Shown: positions 1-10,168, counted from the stretch's first letter. The stretch is DNA of 54,940 nt from an uncultured Proteiniphilum sp. (GCA_964575445.1 CAZNRT010000002.1:6328-61267), one strand, 5' to 3'. Numbers and translations are program-made. The notes: generated by a model not told the origin, from the letters alone.

Positions 1-2
1 AC

Positions 3-1607
3 ATAGACCCACCTTACAACACAGGCAATGATGGCTTTGTATATAATGACGACAGAAAATTTACTGCGAAGGAGTTGCAAAATCTGATTGGCGTAGATGC
101 CGAAAAAGCAAAACGAATTTTAGATTTTACACAAAGCAATAGCAATAGTCATAGTGCTTGGCTCACGTTTATGTATCCGCGTCTTTACATAGCTAAGCAA
201 TTATTAAAAGATGATGGCGTGATTTTTATTTCCATTGATGATAACGAAGTGGCACAACTGAGATTGTTGATGGATGAAGTGTTTGGGGAGGAGAATTTTG
301 TGGCGGATATGATTTGGAAAAATAAAAAAGGAGGAGGTAATGATGCAAAATATATTGCAATAGAAAATGAACACATATTATTCTTTGCTAAATCTATTAA
401 TAATGTTCAAAAACTTTTTCATAATTACTCGGACGAGTATCTAAAAAGATATAAAGAGGAAGATGATAAAAGTTTGTTTTTTTGGGATACATTTAAACGA
501 AAATCAGGTAAGCAGTTTTACAAAATTGTTTGTCCCGATGGTTCAATCATCGAAAATGATGAATATGGAAATCCAATAAGCTGGTTACGTTCAGAAAAAA
601 CATTTAATGAAGATTTACAATCTGGGGAAATTAGAATAGTGGAAATCTCTAATCAATGGTCTGTACAATTCAAACAAAGATTACCAGAAGGAAAAAAACC
701 AAGAAGTATTATTGAAAATTATGGAACAACAAGTGAAGGTTCAAAAGAATTATTAGAATTGTTTGAAAAAAATATTTTTGATAACCCTAAGCCTACAAAT
801 TTAATTAAGCATTTATTTGATATTATAACTGACGAAAACGATATCATTCTCGATTTCTTCGCTGGTTCCGGCACCACTGCCGATGCGATAATGCAACTTA
901 ATGCCGACCCTTCGACGGGCTCAGGGTACGGCAATAGAAAATTTATCTTAGTGCAACTCCCCGAAGCCATAGACCCAAAGAAAAGCAAAGCCGCTTACGA
1001 TTTTGTAAAGAACGAACTCAAAGCCGAGCCTACTATTTTTGAAATTACCAAAGAAAGGCTTTTAAGGGCAGCTAATAAAATAAATGCAGAATTGGACGGC
1101 AAAATTGAAAAACTACAATCAGAGCTCCCAACAGAAGAAACAAAGAATGAAATCGAACAATTAGAAAAAATTAAAACGCAAAATACTTTCAAAGTTTTTG
1201 AAACTACCCCCATTTGGGAGGATTATGATTTTGAAGCAGAACAGTTTGATAGTTCGCAAACGCTTTTTGACGCTGGTAAGCTTTCAGATGAAGATATCAA
1301 AGCCTTGCTCACTACGTGGAAAACGTATGATGGTATTGCATTAACGCAAGAGTTAGAGAGTATTGATTTAAGCGGATATACCGCTTATTATGGCAATGGC
1401 AGGCTGTATTTGATGAATAAAGGTTTTAAAACTGACAGCCTTATAGCATTGTTGGAAAAGATAGATTCAGACAAACATTTTGAACCTAAAAGTATCATCG
1501 CTTTTGGTTATCACATGGAGAGTAAGTGCTTACGAGAGATTTCTGAAAATGTAAAAACGTACAACAATAAGAAGAAAAGCGATATCGATTTTATAACAAG
1601 GTATTAA
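3..1607 (+). CDS. mod: Type III restriction-modification methyltransferase (Mod), 5'-truncated by the window edge
   Basis: The frame is open from base 3 (IDPPYNTGNDGF, catalytic DPPY motif). SAM-binding motif LDFFAGSGTT; conserved WLTFMYPRL and KPTNLI blocks; directly upstream of res. Confidence 0.95.
   Translation: MDPPYNTGNDGFVYNDDRKFTAKELQNLIGVDAEKAKRILDFTQSNSNSHSAWLTFMYPRLYIAKQLLKDDGVIFISIDDNEVAQLRLLMDEVFGEENFVADMIWKNKKGGGNDAKYIAIENEHILFFAKSINNVQKLFHNYSDEYLKRYKEEDDKSLFFWDTFKRKSGKQFYKIVCPDGSIIENDEYGNPISWLRSEKTFNEDLQSGEIRIVEISNQWSVQFKQRLPEGKKPRSIIENYGTTSEGSKELLELFEKNIFDNPKPTNLIKHLFDIITDENDIILDFFAGSGTTADAIMQLNADPSTGSGYGNRKFILVQLPEAIDPKKSKAAYDFVKNELKAEPTIFEITKERLLRAANKINAELDGKIEKLQSELPTEETKNEIEQLEKIKTQNTFKVFETTPIWEDYDFEAEQFDSSQTLFDAGKLSDEDIKALLTTWKTYDGIALTQELESIDLSGYTAYYGNGRLYLMNKGFKTDSLIALLEKIDSDKHFEPKSIIAFGYHMESKCLREISENVKTYNNKKKSDIDFITRY
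908..926 (+). repeat. Short REP-like element CCCTTCGACGGGCTCAGGG inserted in frame in mod
   Basis: Protein reads LNADPSTGSGYGNRKF where Mod proteins usually read about LNAEDGGNRKF. The DNA resembles the dispersed CCCTTCGACARGCTCAGGG repeat as I recall it (not searched). Confidence 0.55.
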
Positions 1608-1608
1608 T

Positions 1609-4575
1609 ATGAAGGGATTTAATTTTGAGAAAAATCTGTCGCATCAGGAAAAAGCAGTAATAAGTACGTTGGCAGTATTTGAGAATTTACAACAACACCC
1701 TATTTCGCACGTTGATAAAAACTACATTAACCTTGTTTATAATAATATTGAGAAGCAGGGTAATGTATTCCACAATATCATTCTGCCTGGAAATCAGTAT
1801 TATAATAATATAAAAAATAAACAAAGCTACAATGGTATAGAAGAAAATGCAAAGAGCAAGAGCAACATTATTGATATAATGATGGAAACTGGAACGGGGA
1901 AAACATACACCTACACCAAAACTATTTTTGAACTTAATAAAAACTATGGCATTTTCAAATTCATTGTAGTGGTGCCTACTTTATCAATCAAAGCTGGCAC
2001 TATTGACTTTTTGAAATCGGACAGTAGCCGAGAGCATTTCAAAGAACAATACAGCAAGACGATTCATTTACATATTGTAGAAAGTCAGAAAAGCAGCAGA
2101 AACAAAAAGTCATTCATTCCACCTGCAGTAAGCAGTTTTGTAAATGCTGCAAACTTTGATAAAAACAGCATACATGTGATGATTATCAACGCAGGTATGA
2201 TCAACTCTGATACTATGCAAAAGAGTTTTGACAAAGGCTTGTTTGACAAATACACCGTTCCTTTTGATGCGATTGGAGCTACAAAACCGTTTATGATTAT
2301 TGACGAGCCACACAAATTTGTGCAGAGCAATAAGACTTGGGAGAACATTCAGAAAATGAAACCCCAATTTATCTTGCGTTATGGTGCAACTTTTCCTGAT
2401 AAGGAAGTGAAACACAAAGATATTTTGTCAAACAAAATGGTGACTACCTATGTCAAAGATTATCATAATCTTATTTATCAATTAACGGCGGTAGATGCAT
2501 TCAACAATAATTTGGTAAAAGGGATTATCGGACACATCACTGAGTTTGAATCGGGCAGAAATGAGGTTGTGAAATTTGTTGACTCTAATGGTACAGAAGC
2601 CACTTTTCAATTAAATAATGAGAAGCCCATCACGCTTACCAAAAAAGAAAGTCTCAAAAAGGTTCATTCTGAAATGAGCGATTTAGGAATTGAGAATTTG
2701 AACAAAAGCACGGTTGTTTTAACCAACGGTTTGCAAATGAAAAAGGGTGATAAAATAAACCCTTATTCTTATGCTGAAAAGCTACAAGAAACGATGATTC
2801 AAAAAGCAATCAAACACCATTTTGAAATTGAAAGGCAACTTTTGATTAGAGATGTGAAGATTAAACCTTTGACTCTTTTCTTTATTGATAATATAGACGA
2901 ATACCGAAACAAAGAAGGATATATCCGCAAAACTGTTGAGCAATATATCAAAGCAGAGATTGAAGAATTATTGAAAACAGAAACAAATGCTTTTTACAAA
3001 TCCTATCTTGAAAAAACATTGATAGACCTTTCGGCAACCCATGCAGGATATTTTTCTAAAGATAATACAGAGAAAGATGAAGCTATAGAAAAAGAGATAA
3101 ACGAAATTTTGCATGACAAACAAGCAATGCTTGATTTGAAAAATCCCAGACGATTTATTTTTTCAAAATGGACGTTGCGTGAAGGTTGGGACAATCCGAA
3201 TATTTTTCAAATCTGCAAACTCCGAAGTAGTGGAAGCGAGATTTCAAAATTGCAGGAGGTTGGGCGTGGTTTGCGATTGCCAGTTAATGAATATGGCAAT
3301 CGTGTAAAAGACGAACAGTTTTATCTCAACTATTTTGTGGACTTTACCGAAAGCGATTTTGTAGATAAATTGGTGGATGAAATCAATGAGAAATCGGGAG
3401 CCATTTCTATTGAACAAGTTCCAGACAAACTTTCTGAGCAAATGATCAAAAAGATTTGTGAACTATACGAAACAACCGAAGATGAACTTTTGGAAGTTCT
3501 GGACAATAACAATGCGATCACACGAACAAATTCATTCAAAACAGACGGTTTTGACTTCATAAAACAAAACTATCCAATAATATTTGAAGGTGTTAATTCT
3601 AACAAAGTTCGCAAAGCAACCGACCCTAAAAAGAAAGTAGTTGTGAGAACAGAGAAATATCAAGAACTGAAAGACCTTTGGGAAAAGCTGAATGAAAAAG
3701 TAATTCTTGAATATAAGTTTGATAACGAAGACAGTTTTAAAACATTGTTTACCGATTTTCTAAAAGAACAGAAAGACAATTTTACATCGGACGGAATCAA
3801 TGAGAAAGTTTCAAAAGTTGAAATCAAAGACAACAAAGCAATTGTGAATGAACCAGAATCCATTTATAATCGCAAAACTGCAACTATCTCAACAATGAAA
3901 TACAGCGACTTTTTGAAAGAGCTTTCGAGGATTCTGAACATTAATATCGCAACAATTCATCAGTCAATCATTGATGCTGGGACAGATATAAACAAGTATC
4001 TTAACCAAACAACGTTGAGAATAATCAAGCAAAGATTTGACTTCTATCTAATGACGCAAGCCTTTAACAAGTATTCAATTGAATATAAAAAGGTTTCAAA
4101 CAGCATTCATCCCACCAAGCTGACAGACGAAAAAGGAAATGTGCTGAAAGAAATTTCTGCATCAGATGTTGGAGTTTTGTTTTCAGAGGGGGATGTAGCA
4201 AAATCTTACTTCTTTGACGAATTGTTTTACGACTCAGATTTAGAGAAAACAAATATCGAAACAGAGATAAATGAAGTAATAGTGTTTACCAAAATTCCGA
4301 AAAATTCAATCAAAATTCCAGTTGCAGGTGGCAAATCATATTCACCTGACTTTGCATATGTGCTAAAATTCAAAAATGGGGAGCAAAGGCTAAACTTCAT
4401 TGTAGAGACTAAGGATGTAAACAGCAAAGATGAGCTGCGAGACGAAGAAAAACTCAAAATCAAGCATGCTGAAAAATTCTTTGAAGGCAAAGTGAAAATT
4501 GAATTTAAAACACAGTTCAGCAACAACAAATTAATCGACTTAATAAAAGAAATTAGCCAACGTATTGTTGGTTGA
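1609..4575 (+). CDS. res: Type III restriction endonuclease (Res)
   Basis: Walker A METGTGKT, DEPH box, LREGWDNPN, QEVGRGLR, C-terminal PD-(D/E)xK (SPDF...VETK); 988 aa; starts 1 nt after the mod stop. Confidence 0.96.
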   Translation: MKGFNFEKNLSHQEKAVISTLAVFENLQQHPISHVDKNYINLVYNNIEKQGNVFHNIILPGNQYYNNIKNKQSYNGIEENAKSKSNIIDIMMETGTGKTYTYTKTIFELNKNYGIFKFIVVVPTLSIKAGTIDFLKSDSSREHFKEQYSKTIHLHIVESQKSSRNKKSFIPPAVSSFVNAANFDKNSIHVMIINAGMINSDTMQKSFDKGLFDKYTVPFDAIGATKPFMIIDEPHKFVQSNKTWENIQKMKPQFILRYGATFPDKEVKHKDILSNKMVTTYVKDYHNLIYQLTAVDAFNNNLVKGIIGHITEFESGRNEVVKFVDSNGTEATFQLNNEKPITLTKKESLKKVHSEMSDLGIENLNKSTVVLTNGLQMKKGDKINPYSYAEKLQETMIQKAIKHHFEIERQLLIRDVKIKPLTLFFIDNIDEYRNKEGYIRKTVEQYIKAEIEELLKTETNAFYKSYLEKTLIDLSATHAGYFSKDNTEKDEAIEKEINEILHDKQAMLDLKNPRRFIFSKWTLREGWDNPNIFQICKLRSSGSEISKLQEVGRGLRLPVNEYGNRVKDEQFYLNYFVDFTESDFVDKLVDEINEKSGAISIEQVPDKLSEQMIKKICELYETTEDELLEVLDNNNAITRTNSFKTDGFDFIKQNYPIIFEGVNSNKVRKATDPKKKVVVRTEKYQELKDLWEKLNEKVILEYKFDNEDSFKTLFTDFLKEQKDNFTSDGINEKVSKVEIKDNKAIVNEPESIYNRKTATISTMKYSDFLKELSRILNINIATIHQSIIDAGTDINKYLNQTTLRIIKQRFDFYLMTQAFNKYSIEYKKVSNSIHPTKLTDEKGNVLKEISASDVGVLFSEGDVAKSYFFDELFYDSDLEKTNIETEINEVIVFTKIPKNSIKIPVAGGKSYSPDFAYVLKFKNGEQRLNFIVETKDVNSKDELRDEEKLKIKHAEKFFEGKVKIEFKTQFSNNKLIDLIKEISQRIVG

Positions 4576-4637
4576 TTTTTGGCTTGCTCACCCACACTGA
4601 AAGCCTTATATAAGAATTTTATACAGCTACACATACC

Positions 4638-4671
4638 AAAAAAGAGGTGCTCATGATATTGAGCACCTCTT
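4638..4671 (-). terminator. Intrinsic terminator between res and the DUF1846 gene
   Basis: AAGAGGTGCTCA / TGAGCACCTCTT 12-bp stem; the A-run on its left is the U-tract for the minus strand. Confidence 0.8.
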
Positions 4672-4695
4672 AATATAATTTTGAAAAGTAAATAT

Positions 4696-6222
4696 CTACT
4701 CGCTCACGAATAATCTCTTTCCTGAAAACAATGGATCGCTTGTCACATTTATTTTAAGTTTTCTCAGTCCCGCTTCATCACCAGGAGTGGGGATGTGTGT
4801 GGAGTGCATTTCGCAATTGTTTAGTTCCGTGAGTTTATGCAGTGCCATCTGAGCAGCTGGATTAGATATAGCACTAATTGAGAGAGCTATCAATGTCTCT
4901 TCAACATCCAAGCTGGTGGTTTTGCCATCAAGAATATCTTTTTTGAGATGCGTAACCGAATCAATTATATTTTCGGGCAATAGAATCATATTGTCGGGCA
5001 ATCCTGCAAGATGCTTTATAGCATTGAGAATCATTGCTGAAGAAGCATGGAGCAGCATAGAGTTGTTGCCCGTTATGATACAGCCATCCTTTAGCATTAT
5101 GGCTGCCCCACAAAATATACCATCATATCCCTTATCTTGTGATTCAGCCTCTTTGGCTGCCTGTCTTGCGGGCTCCACCACTTTTCTGTCTTCATCTTTA
5201 GCATTCACGCTCGACATTATTTGTGCATATCTATCAAGTGCATCGGCATCTATTTGCCCATTAGCATAGTCGACAAAGCTTCTCAGATGTCTGCGAATAA
5301 TTTCTTGGTAAGCTGCTTCGCTACAAGTTTTGTCATCAATTATGCCTGCGCTAATTCTGTTTACACCCATGTCGGTAGGTGATTTATAAATACTATCGTC
5401 TCCCGTAATTTTATTTAGTATTGCTTTGAGTAGTTTGAACGCCTCAATGTCACGGTTGTAGCTTACGGCTTCAACGCCGTATGCGTCAAGATGATATGGG
5501 TCTATCATGTTCTCATCGCCCAAGTCGGCAGTGGCGGCTTCGTAAGCAATATTCACATTATGCTTTAAGGGTAAATCCCAAATCGGAAATGTTTCAAATT
5601 TAGCATATCCGCTACTATTGCCTTGCCTATAATCGTGATATAGATTGCTTAATGCTGTGGCAAGCTTTCCGCTACCAGGTCCAGGACCCGTTATTACAAC
5701 AATGGGCTTAGTGGTTTCGATATATGGATTTGCTCCATAACCCTCGCCACTAACTATTAAGTCGATATTTTGTGGATATCCACGAGTGGGGTAGTGCAGA
5801 TACACTTTTATGCCATTCAGCTCCAATTTATTTTTAAAAATATCAGCTGCAGGTTGTTTTTCATAACGGGTGATTACTACTGCGGTGACGTCGATACCAT
5901 ACCATTTCATGTCATCAATGCTCTTCAGCACATCCACGTCGTATGTTATACCAAAGTCGGCTCTTATTTTATTTCTCTCTATATCGCCAGCATAAATACA
6001 CATTATAACTTCTACTTGGTCCTTCATTTTTTGTAGAAGCCTCATCTTCACATTGTAGGCAAAGCCTGGCAAAACCCGAGATGCATGATAATCGTATAGA
6101 ATCTTTCCGCCAAACTCTAAGTAGAGCTTATCATTAAATTTGCTTACGCGCTTCAGAATTGCCTCAGTCTGTTCATGTAGGTATTTTTCATTATCAAAAC
6201 CAATACTTTCAAAATTTTCCAT
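4696..6222 (-). CDS. DUF1846 (UPF0371) family P-loop protein
   Basis: GFDNEKY, KLYLEFGGK, GPGPGSGKLAT, YAKFETFPIW and SPTDMGVN are family-typical blocks. Confidence 0.88.
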   Translation of the reverse strand: MENFESIGFDNEKYLHEQTEAILKRVSKFNDKLYLEFGGKILYDYHASRVLPGFAYNVKMRLLQKMKDQVEVIMCIYAGDIERNKIRADFGITYDVDVLKSIDDMKWYGIDVTAVVITRYEKQPAADIFKNKLELNGIKVYLHYPTRGYPQNIDLIVSGEGYGANPYIETTKPIVVITGPGPGSGKLATALSNLYHDYRQGNSSGYAKFETFPIWDLPLKHNVNIAYEAATADLGDENMIDPYHLDAYGVEAVSYNRDIEAFKLLKAILNKITGDDSIYKSPTDMGVNRISAGIIDDKTCSEAAYQEIIRRHLRSFVDYANGQIDADALDRYAQIMSSVNAKDEDRKVVEPARQAAKEAESQDKGYDGIFCGAAIMLKDGCIITGNNSMLLHASSAMILNAIKHLAGLPDNMILLPENIIDSVTHLKKDILDGKTTSLDVEETLIALSISAISNPAAQMALHKLTELNNCEMHSTHIPTPGDEAGLRKLKINVTSDPLFSGKRLFVSE

Positions 6223-6416
6223 TGTAAAATGTCTTTATAATCATTGCAAGCCACACATTAATAATACACAACAACAATAAAGCTATTACATGATAGCAAT
6301 ATTAACTTATTTCCTCAGATAGATTGTGAGCTGTGTTTAAATAACAGGGGCACTATTTTCAAAATTGAGTTCAAAAATACTCAAATTTTAGATGAACCTA
6401 CCAATATTTGGGTATT

Positions 6417-6624
6417 AAAATAATTTTTTTGACGGGTTTCACATCACCGGGTGAATCGAAAATAATTTTTTTAGCGAGTTTTACAGTGCGGGGTGGATCG
6501 AAATAAAATTTTTGACGGGTTTTACATCACCGTGTGAATCGAAATAAAACTTTTTTGCCAGTTTCACATCACCGTGTGGATCGAAATAAAATTTTTGACG
6601 GGTTTCACAGTGATGTTTAGATTG
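6417..6624. repeat. Tandem array A: 5 copies, 41-42 bp unit, consensus AAATAAAATTTTTGACGGGTTTCACATCACCGTGTGRATCG
   Basis: Units start at 6417, 6459, 6501, 6542 and 6584. Confidence 0.95.
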
Positions 6625-6765
6625 CAATAATAAATTTATTTTCATTCCCCGTGCACTCGTAGCATAATGATTATTTATTTTTGATACCGTAAATGTTCGT
6701 TGTGAATGCTATCTATACCTAAATTTCTTTTGACTGCTAAAAGTGAAAATGAATAGTATTTTTTG

Positions 6766-6773
6766 TATTTTTG
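6766..6773 (+). promoter_or_regulatory. Bacteroidota -7 promoter element for ettA
   Basis: TATTTTTG (TAnnTTTG) about 30 nt upstream of the ATG at 6805. Confidence 0.6.
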
Positions 6774-6804
6774 CGCAAAGTGTAATTTAATAATACAAAA
6801 TAGT

Positions 6805-8487
6805 ATGTCAGACGACAAAAAGATTATTTTTTCGATGGTGGGCGTTAGCAAAACATTTCCACCACACAAACAAGTTTTGAAAGATATCTATCTTTCGTTT
6901 TTCTATGGAGCCAAAATTGGAATTATTGGTCTGAATGGTTCTGGAAAATCAACTTTATTAAAAATAATAGCAGGCATTGAGAAAGAATTTCAAGGAGAAA
7001 TAGCCTCAGATAAGAGTTTTTCAGTAGGTTATTTAGAACAAGACCCTAAGCTTGACCCAAGCAAAACAGTCATAGAGATTGTTCGTGAGGGTGTAAAGCC
7101 TATTATTGATATGCTTGCCGAGTATGAAGAGATAAATCTTAAGTTTGGATTGCCCGAATATTATGAGGATGAGGATAAGATGAATGGTCTCTTTGCACGC
7201 CAAGCCACACTTCAAGACCAATTGGATGCGGTGGATGCATGGAGTATCGATAATCGCCTTGACCGTGCTATGGACGCACTTCGCTGTCCGCCTGAAGATC
7301 AGCCAGTGAGCGAACTATCTGGAGGTGAAGCACGCCGTGTAGCACTATGCAGACTATTGCTACAAGAGCCTGATGTGTTGCTGCTTGATGAGCCCACCAA
7401 CCACTTGGACGCCGAATCAATTGATTGGCTCGAAATGCACTTGCAACAATATAAAGGCACAGTGATTTGTATTACTCACGACCGCTACTTCCTTGATCAT
7501 GTGGCTGGATGGATTTTGGAACTTGACAGAGGAGAGGGTATCCCTTGGAAAGGAAATTACACATCGTGGCTTGAGCAAAAAACCAAAAAGATGGAGCAAG
7601 AAGAGAAACAAGCAAGCAAACGCCGCAAAACTCTTGAGCGAGAGTTGGAATGGATCAACTTGGCTCCCAAAGCTCGACATGCAAAAGGTAAGGCTCGTTT
7701 GAACTCTTATGAGCAACTACTTAACCAAGATCAAAAGGAGAGAGAAGAGAAATTAGAAATTTTTATTCCAAATGGTCCTCGTTTGGGCAATAAAGTGATA
7801 GAGGCTCATGGAGTATCCAAAGCATTTGGTGACAAACTATTATTTGATGACTTGAACTTTGTGTTGCCACCCAATGGCATTGTGGGAGTGATAGGACCCA
7901 ATGGTGCTGGAAAAACAACTCTTTTTAGATTGATTCAGGATATCGAGAAAGCCGATAAAGGAATATTTGAAGTGGGTGAAACAGTAGTAACAGCTTACGT
8001 AGATCAGGCACACGAAGCAATAGATCCAACCAAAACTGTATATCAGGTAGTATCTGATGGTGCAGATTTTATTAGAGTAGGGGGTAGAGAGATTAATTCG
8101 AGAGCATATCTATCTCGTTTCAACTTTACTGGTGCTGATCAAGAAAAACTTTGTGGTATTTTGTCTGGTGGTGAGCGAAATAGACTTCACCTTGCATTGA
8201 CTCTAAAGGCGGAGGCTAACGTATTGCTTCTTGATGAGCCCACCAACGATATTGACGTAAACACATTGCGTGCTTTGGAAGAGGGGCTTGAAAACTTTGC
8301 GGGTTGCGCAGTAGTTATTTCCCACGACCGTTGGTTCTTAGACAGAATCTGTACTCATATCTTAGCTTTTGAGGGCAACTCAGAGGTGTTTTATTTTGAG
8401 GGTTCTTATAGTGAATATGAAGAGAACAAGAAAAGAAGATTAGGAAACGTAGAGCCCAAAAGAGTGAGATACAGAAAGCTACAATAA
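6805..8487 (+). CDS. ettA: ABC-F translational throttle ATPase EttA
   Basis: Two ABC domains (GLNGSGKST, GPNGAGKTT, LSGGE twice, LLLDEPTN twice), no transmembrane segments. Start moved to MSDDKK. Confidence 0.93.
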   Translation: MSDDKKIIFSMVGVSKTFPPHKQVLKDIYLSFFYGAKIGIIGLNGSGKSTLLKIIAGIEKEFQGEIASDKSFSVGYLEQDPKLDPSKTVIEIVREGVKPIIDMLAEYEEINLKFGLPEYYEDEDKMNGLFARQATLQDQLDAVDAWSIDNRLDRAMDALRCPPEDQPVSELSGGEARRVALCRLLLQEPDVLLLDEPTNHLDAESIDWLEMHLQQYKGTVICITHDRYFLDHVAGWILELDRGEGIPWKGNYTSWLEQKTKKMEQEEKQASKRRKTLERELEWINLAPKARHAKGKARLNSYEQLLNQDQKEREEKLEIFIPNGPRLGNKVIEAHGVSKAFGDKLLFDDLNFVLPPNGIVGVIGPNGAGKTTLFRLIQDIEKADKGIFEVGETVVTAYVDQAHEAIDPTKTVYQVVSDGADFIRVGGREINSRAYLSRFNFTGADQEKLCGILSGGERNRLHLALTLKAEANVLLLDEPTNDIDVNTLRALEEGLENFAGCAVVISHDRWFLDRICTHILAFEGNSEVFYFEGSYSEYEENKKRRLGNVEPKRVRYRKLQ

Positions 8488-8504
8488 GAGGTCTGAAATA
8501 AGCT

Positions 8505-10079
8505 ATGGTGAATAAATCCATTACTGCTTTATTATTATTTTTTTTATGCTTCAATATACATGCCCACAATATAATATTGGAGGGCATTGTATATGATGCA
8601 AAGCTTAATATCCCTATACCTGATGCCGAAGTGTATGTGGAAGGCACCTACATTGGAACAACGACTAATAGTGTTGGCAAATTCTATCTTTCCGTCCACG
8701 ATTCGTTATCAAATTATAATTTAGTAGTTAGCGCACATGGGTATATGCCTGTGCATCTCCCAATTGAGATTGTGAAAGCTCCACTTATTGAGATTTTCTT
8801 AGACATTGATTATCGAAAAGAAATAGAGAGCCACGAAAGCAATGGTGGTTTTGCAAATTATATAGATAAAGCACTCACATTTGTAATGAATGATTGGGTG
8901 CCACTTGGAAAGAAAGAGACAAATAAATTTGATTTCGGAAGGCTGCAAACAATACCAACAATAAATCCTATAGAGGGATTTAGATTAAGAGGTGGCATAG
9001 CATCCAATTCTCGTTTTAGCCCACATTTTTTTACTAAAGGATATATAGCATACGGTTTCAAAGATCAAAAAATTAAATATAGAGCTGAAGCCATATACTC
9101 ATTCAACAACAAAGTATATCATGACGATGAGTTTCCAATAAATAAGCTTAGCATGATATATGAAGATGATATTTATTCTCCTGGCGAGATGCATCCACGA
9201 GCAATGAATGATCTGCTATTGGTAACCTACAAGCGATCTAAAAATGAAACCACATATCGAAACTTTGCAGAAATTAATTATGACAGAGAGTATCAAAATG
9301 GTTTCAGGCATACGTTGTGGTTGCGAAAATCATATCTGAGACCTCAGGGCAATTTGCATTTCAATAAATTATCGCCTGATGAATCTTATGCAAGTGCAAT
9401 CAATAATTCCGAATTGGGTATTAGCTTTTTATGGTTTGGCAATAAGGAATATTCTCAAAACAAGCGTATAAGAACTCCACTGAATATTACAGCTCCATTA
9501 ATTCTGTTTTCCCATGCTGTGGGGTTAAAAAACTTTATGGGTGGAGAGACCTCATATCATAGAAGCGAGCTATCTCTTCAAAAACGATTTAAGATTGATG
9601 ATATAGCCACCGCAGATGTAGTGGGAGAGATAGCAAAAGTTTGGAATCAGGTGCAGTTTCCTTTATTAGTATATCCCAACCAACGTCACAAGTTTTATAT
9701 AGAAAATAATGCTTTCTTTTTGAGCCGGTCGCTTGAATTTGTGGCAGATCAGCAGGCTACCCTAAGAGCCACTTTTGTGGGAAAAAATCTGTGGCTCAAT
9801 AAAGTTGATTTCTTGAAAAAATTGGGCGTTAAAGAATTGATTTCATTCAGAGCCAGCTACGGCAGTTTGAGTGAAAAGAATATTCCAACTAAATACAATA
9901 GTCTTTATGCAATTCCTAATCAATCTCACCAATACGAATATGGCATTCCATATATCGAAGGTACTATCGGGATTACTAATATTTTAGGACTATTTCGTTT
10001 GGAGTATGTGCATAGATTCAACTATCGAAATTATCCTAATGCTATTTTAGGAGCCCTGAGATTAGATATTATTATTTAG
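8505..10079 (+). CDS. Exported protein: CarboxypepD_reg-like N-terminal domain plus DUF5686-like outer-membrane region
   Basis: Signal peptide; GIVYD...IPDAEV...GTTTNSVGKF domain; NPIEGFRLR, YIAYGFKDQKIKY and PYIEGTIGITNI blocks. Confidence 0.7.
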   Translation: MVNKSITALLLFFLCFNIHAHNIILEGIVYDAKLNIPIPDAEVYVEGTYIGTTTNSVGKFYLSVHDSLSNYNLVVSAHGYMPVHLPIEIVKAPLIEIFLDIDYRKEIESHESNGGFANYIDKALTFVMNDWVPLGKKETNKFDFGRLQTIPTINPIEGFRLRGGIASNSRFSPHFFTKGYIAYGFKDQKIKYRAEAIYSFNNKVYHDDEFPINKLSMIYEDDIYSPGEMHPRAMNDLLLVTYKRSKNETTYRNFAEINYDREYQNGFRHTLWLRKSYLRPQGNLHFNKLSPDESYASAINNSELGISFLWFGNKEYSQNKRIRTPLNITAPLILFSHAVGLKNFMGGETSYHRSELSLQKRFKIDDIATADVVGEIAKVWNQVQFPLLVYPNQRHKFYIENNAFFLSRSLEFVADQQATLRATFVGKNLWLNKVDFLKKLGVKELISFRASYGSLSEKNIPTKYNSLYAIPNQSHQYEYGIPYIEGTIGITNILGLFRLEYVHRFNYRNYPNAILGALRLDIII

Positions 10080-10160
10080 ACCTTACTATTATTTATCTTT
10101 AAAAATACTTTTTTATATATTGGATTTCCCCTTTCATTAAAAAAGTAAAATAAAAAGCCA

Positions 10161-10168
10161 TACCTTTG
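10161..10168 (+). promoter_or_regulatory. -7 promoter element for wza-wzc
   Basis: TACCTTTG matches TAnnTTTG. Confidence 0.6.

Noticed and set aside
3-1607. Phase-variable simple-sequence repeat in mod
   Set aside because: None in the visible part; the 5' end, where such tracts usually lie, is outside the window.
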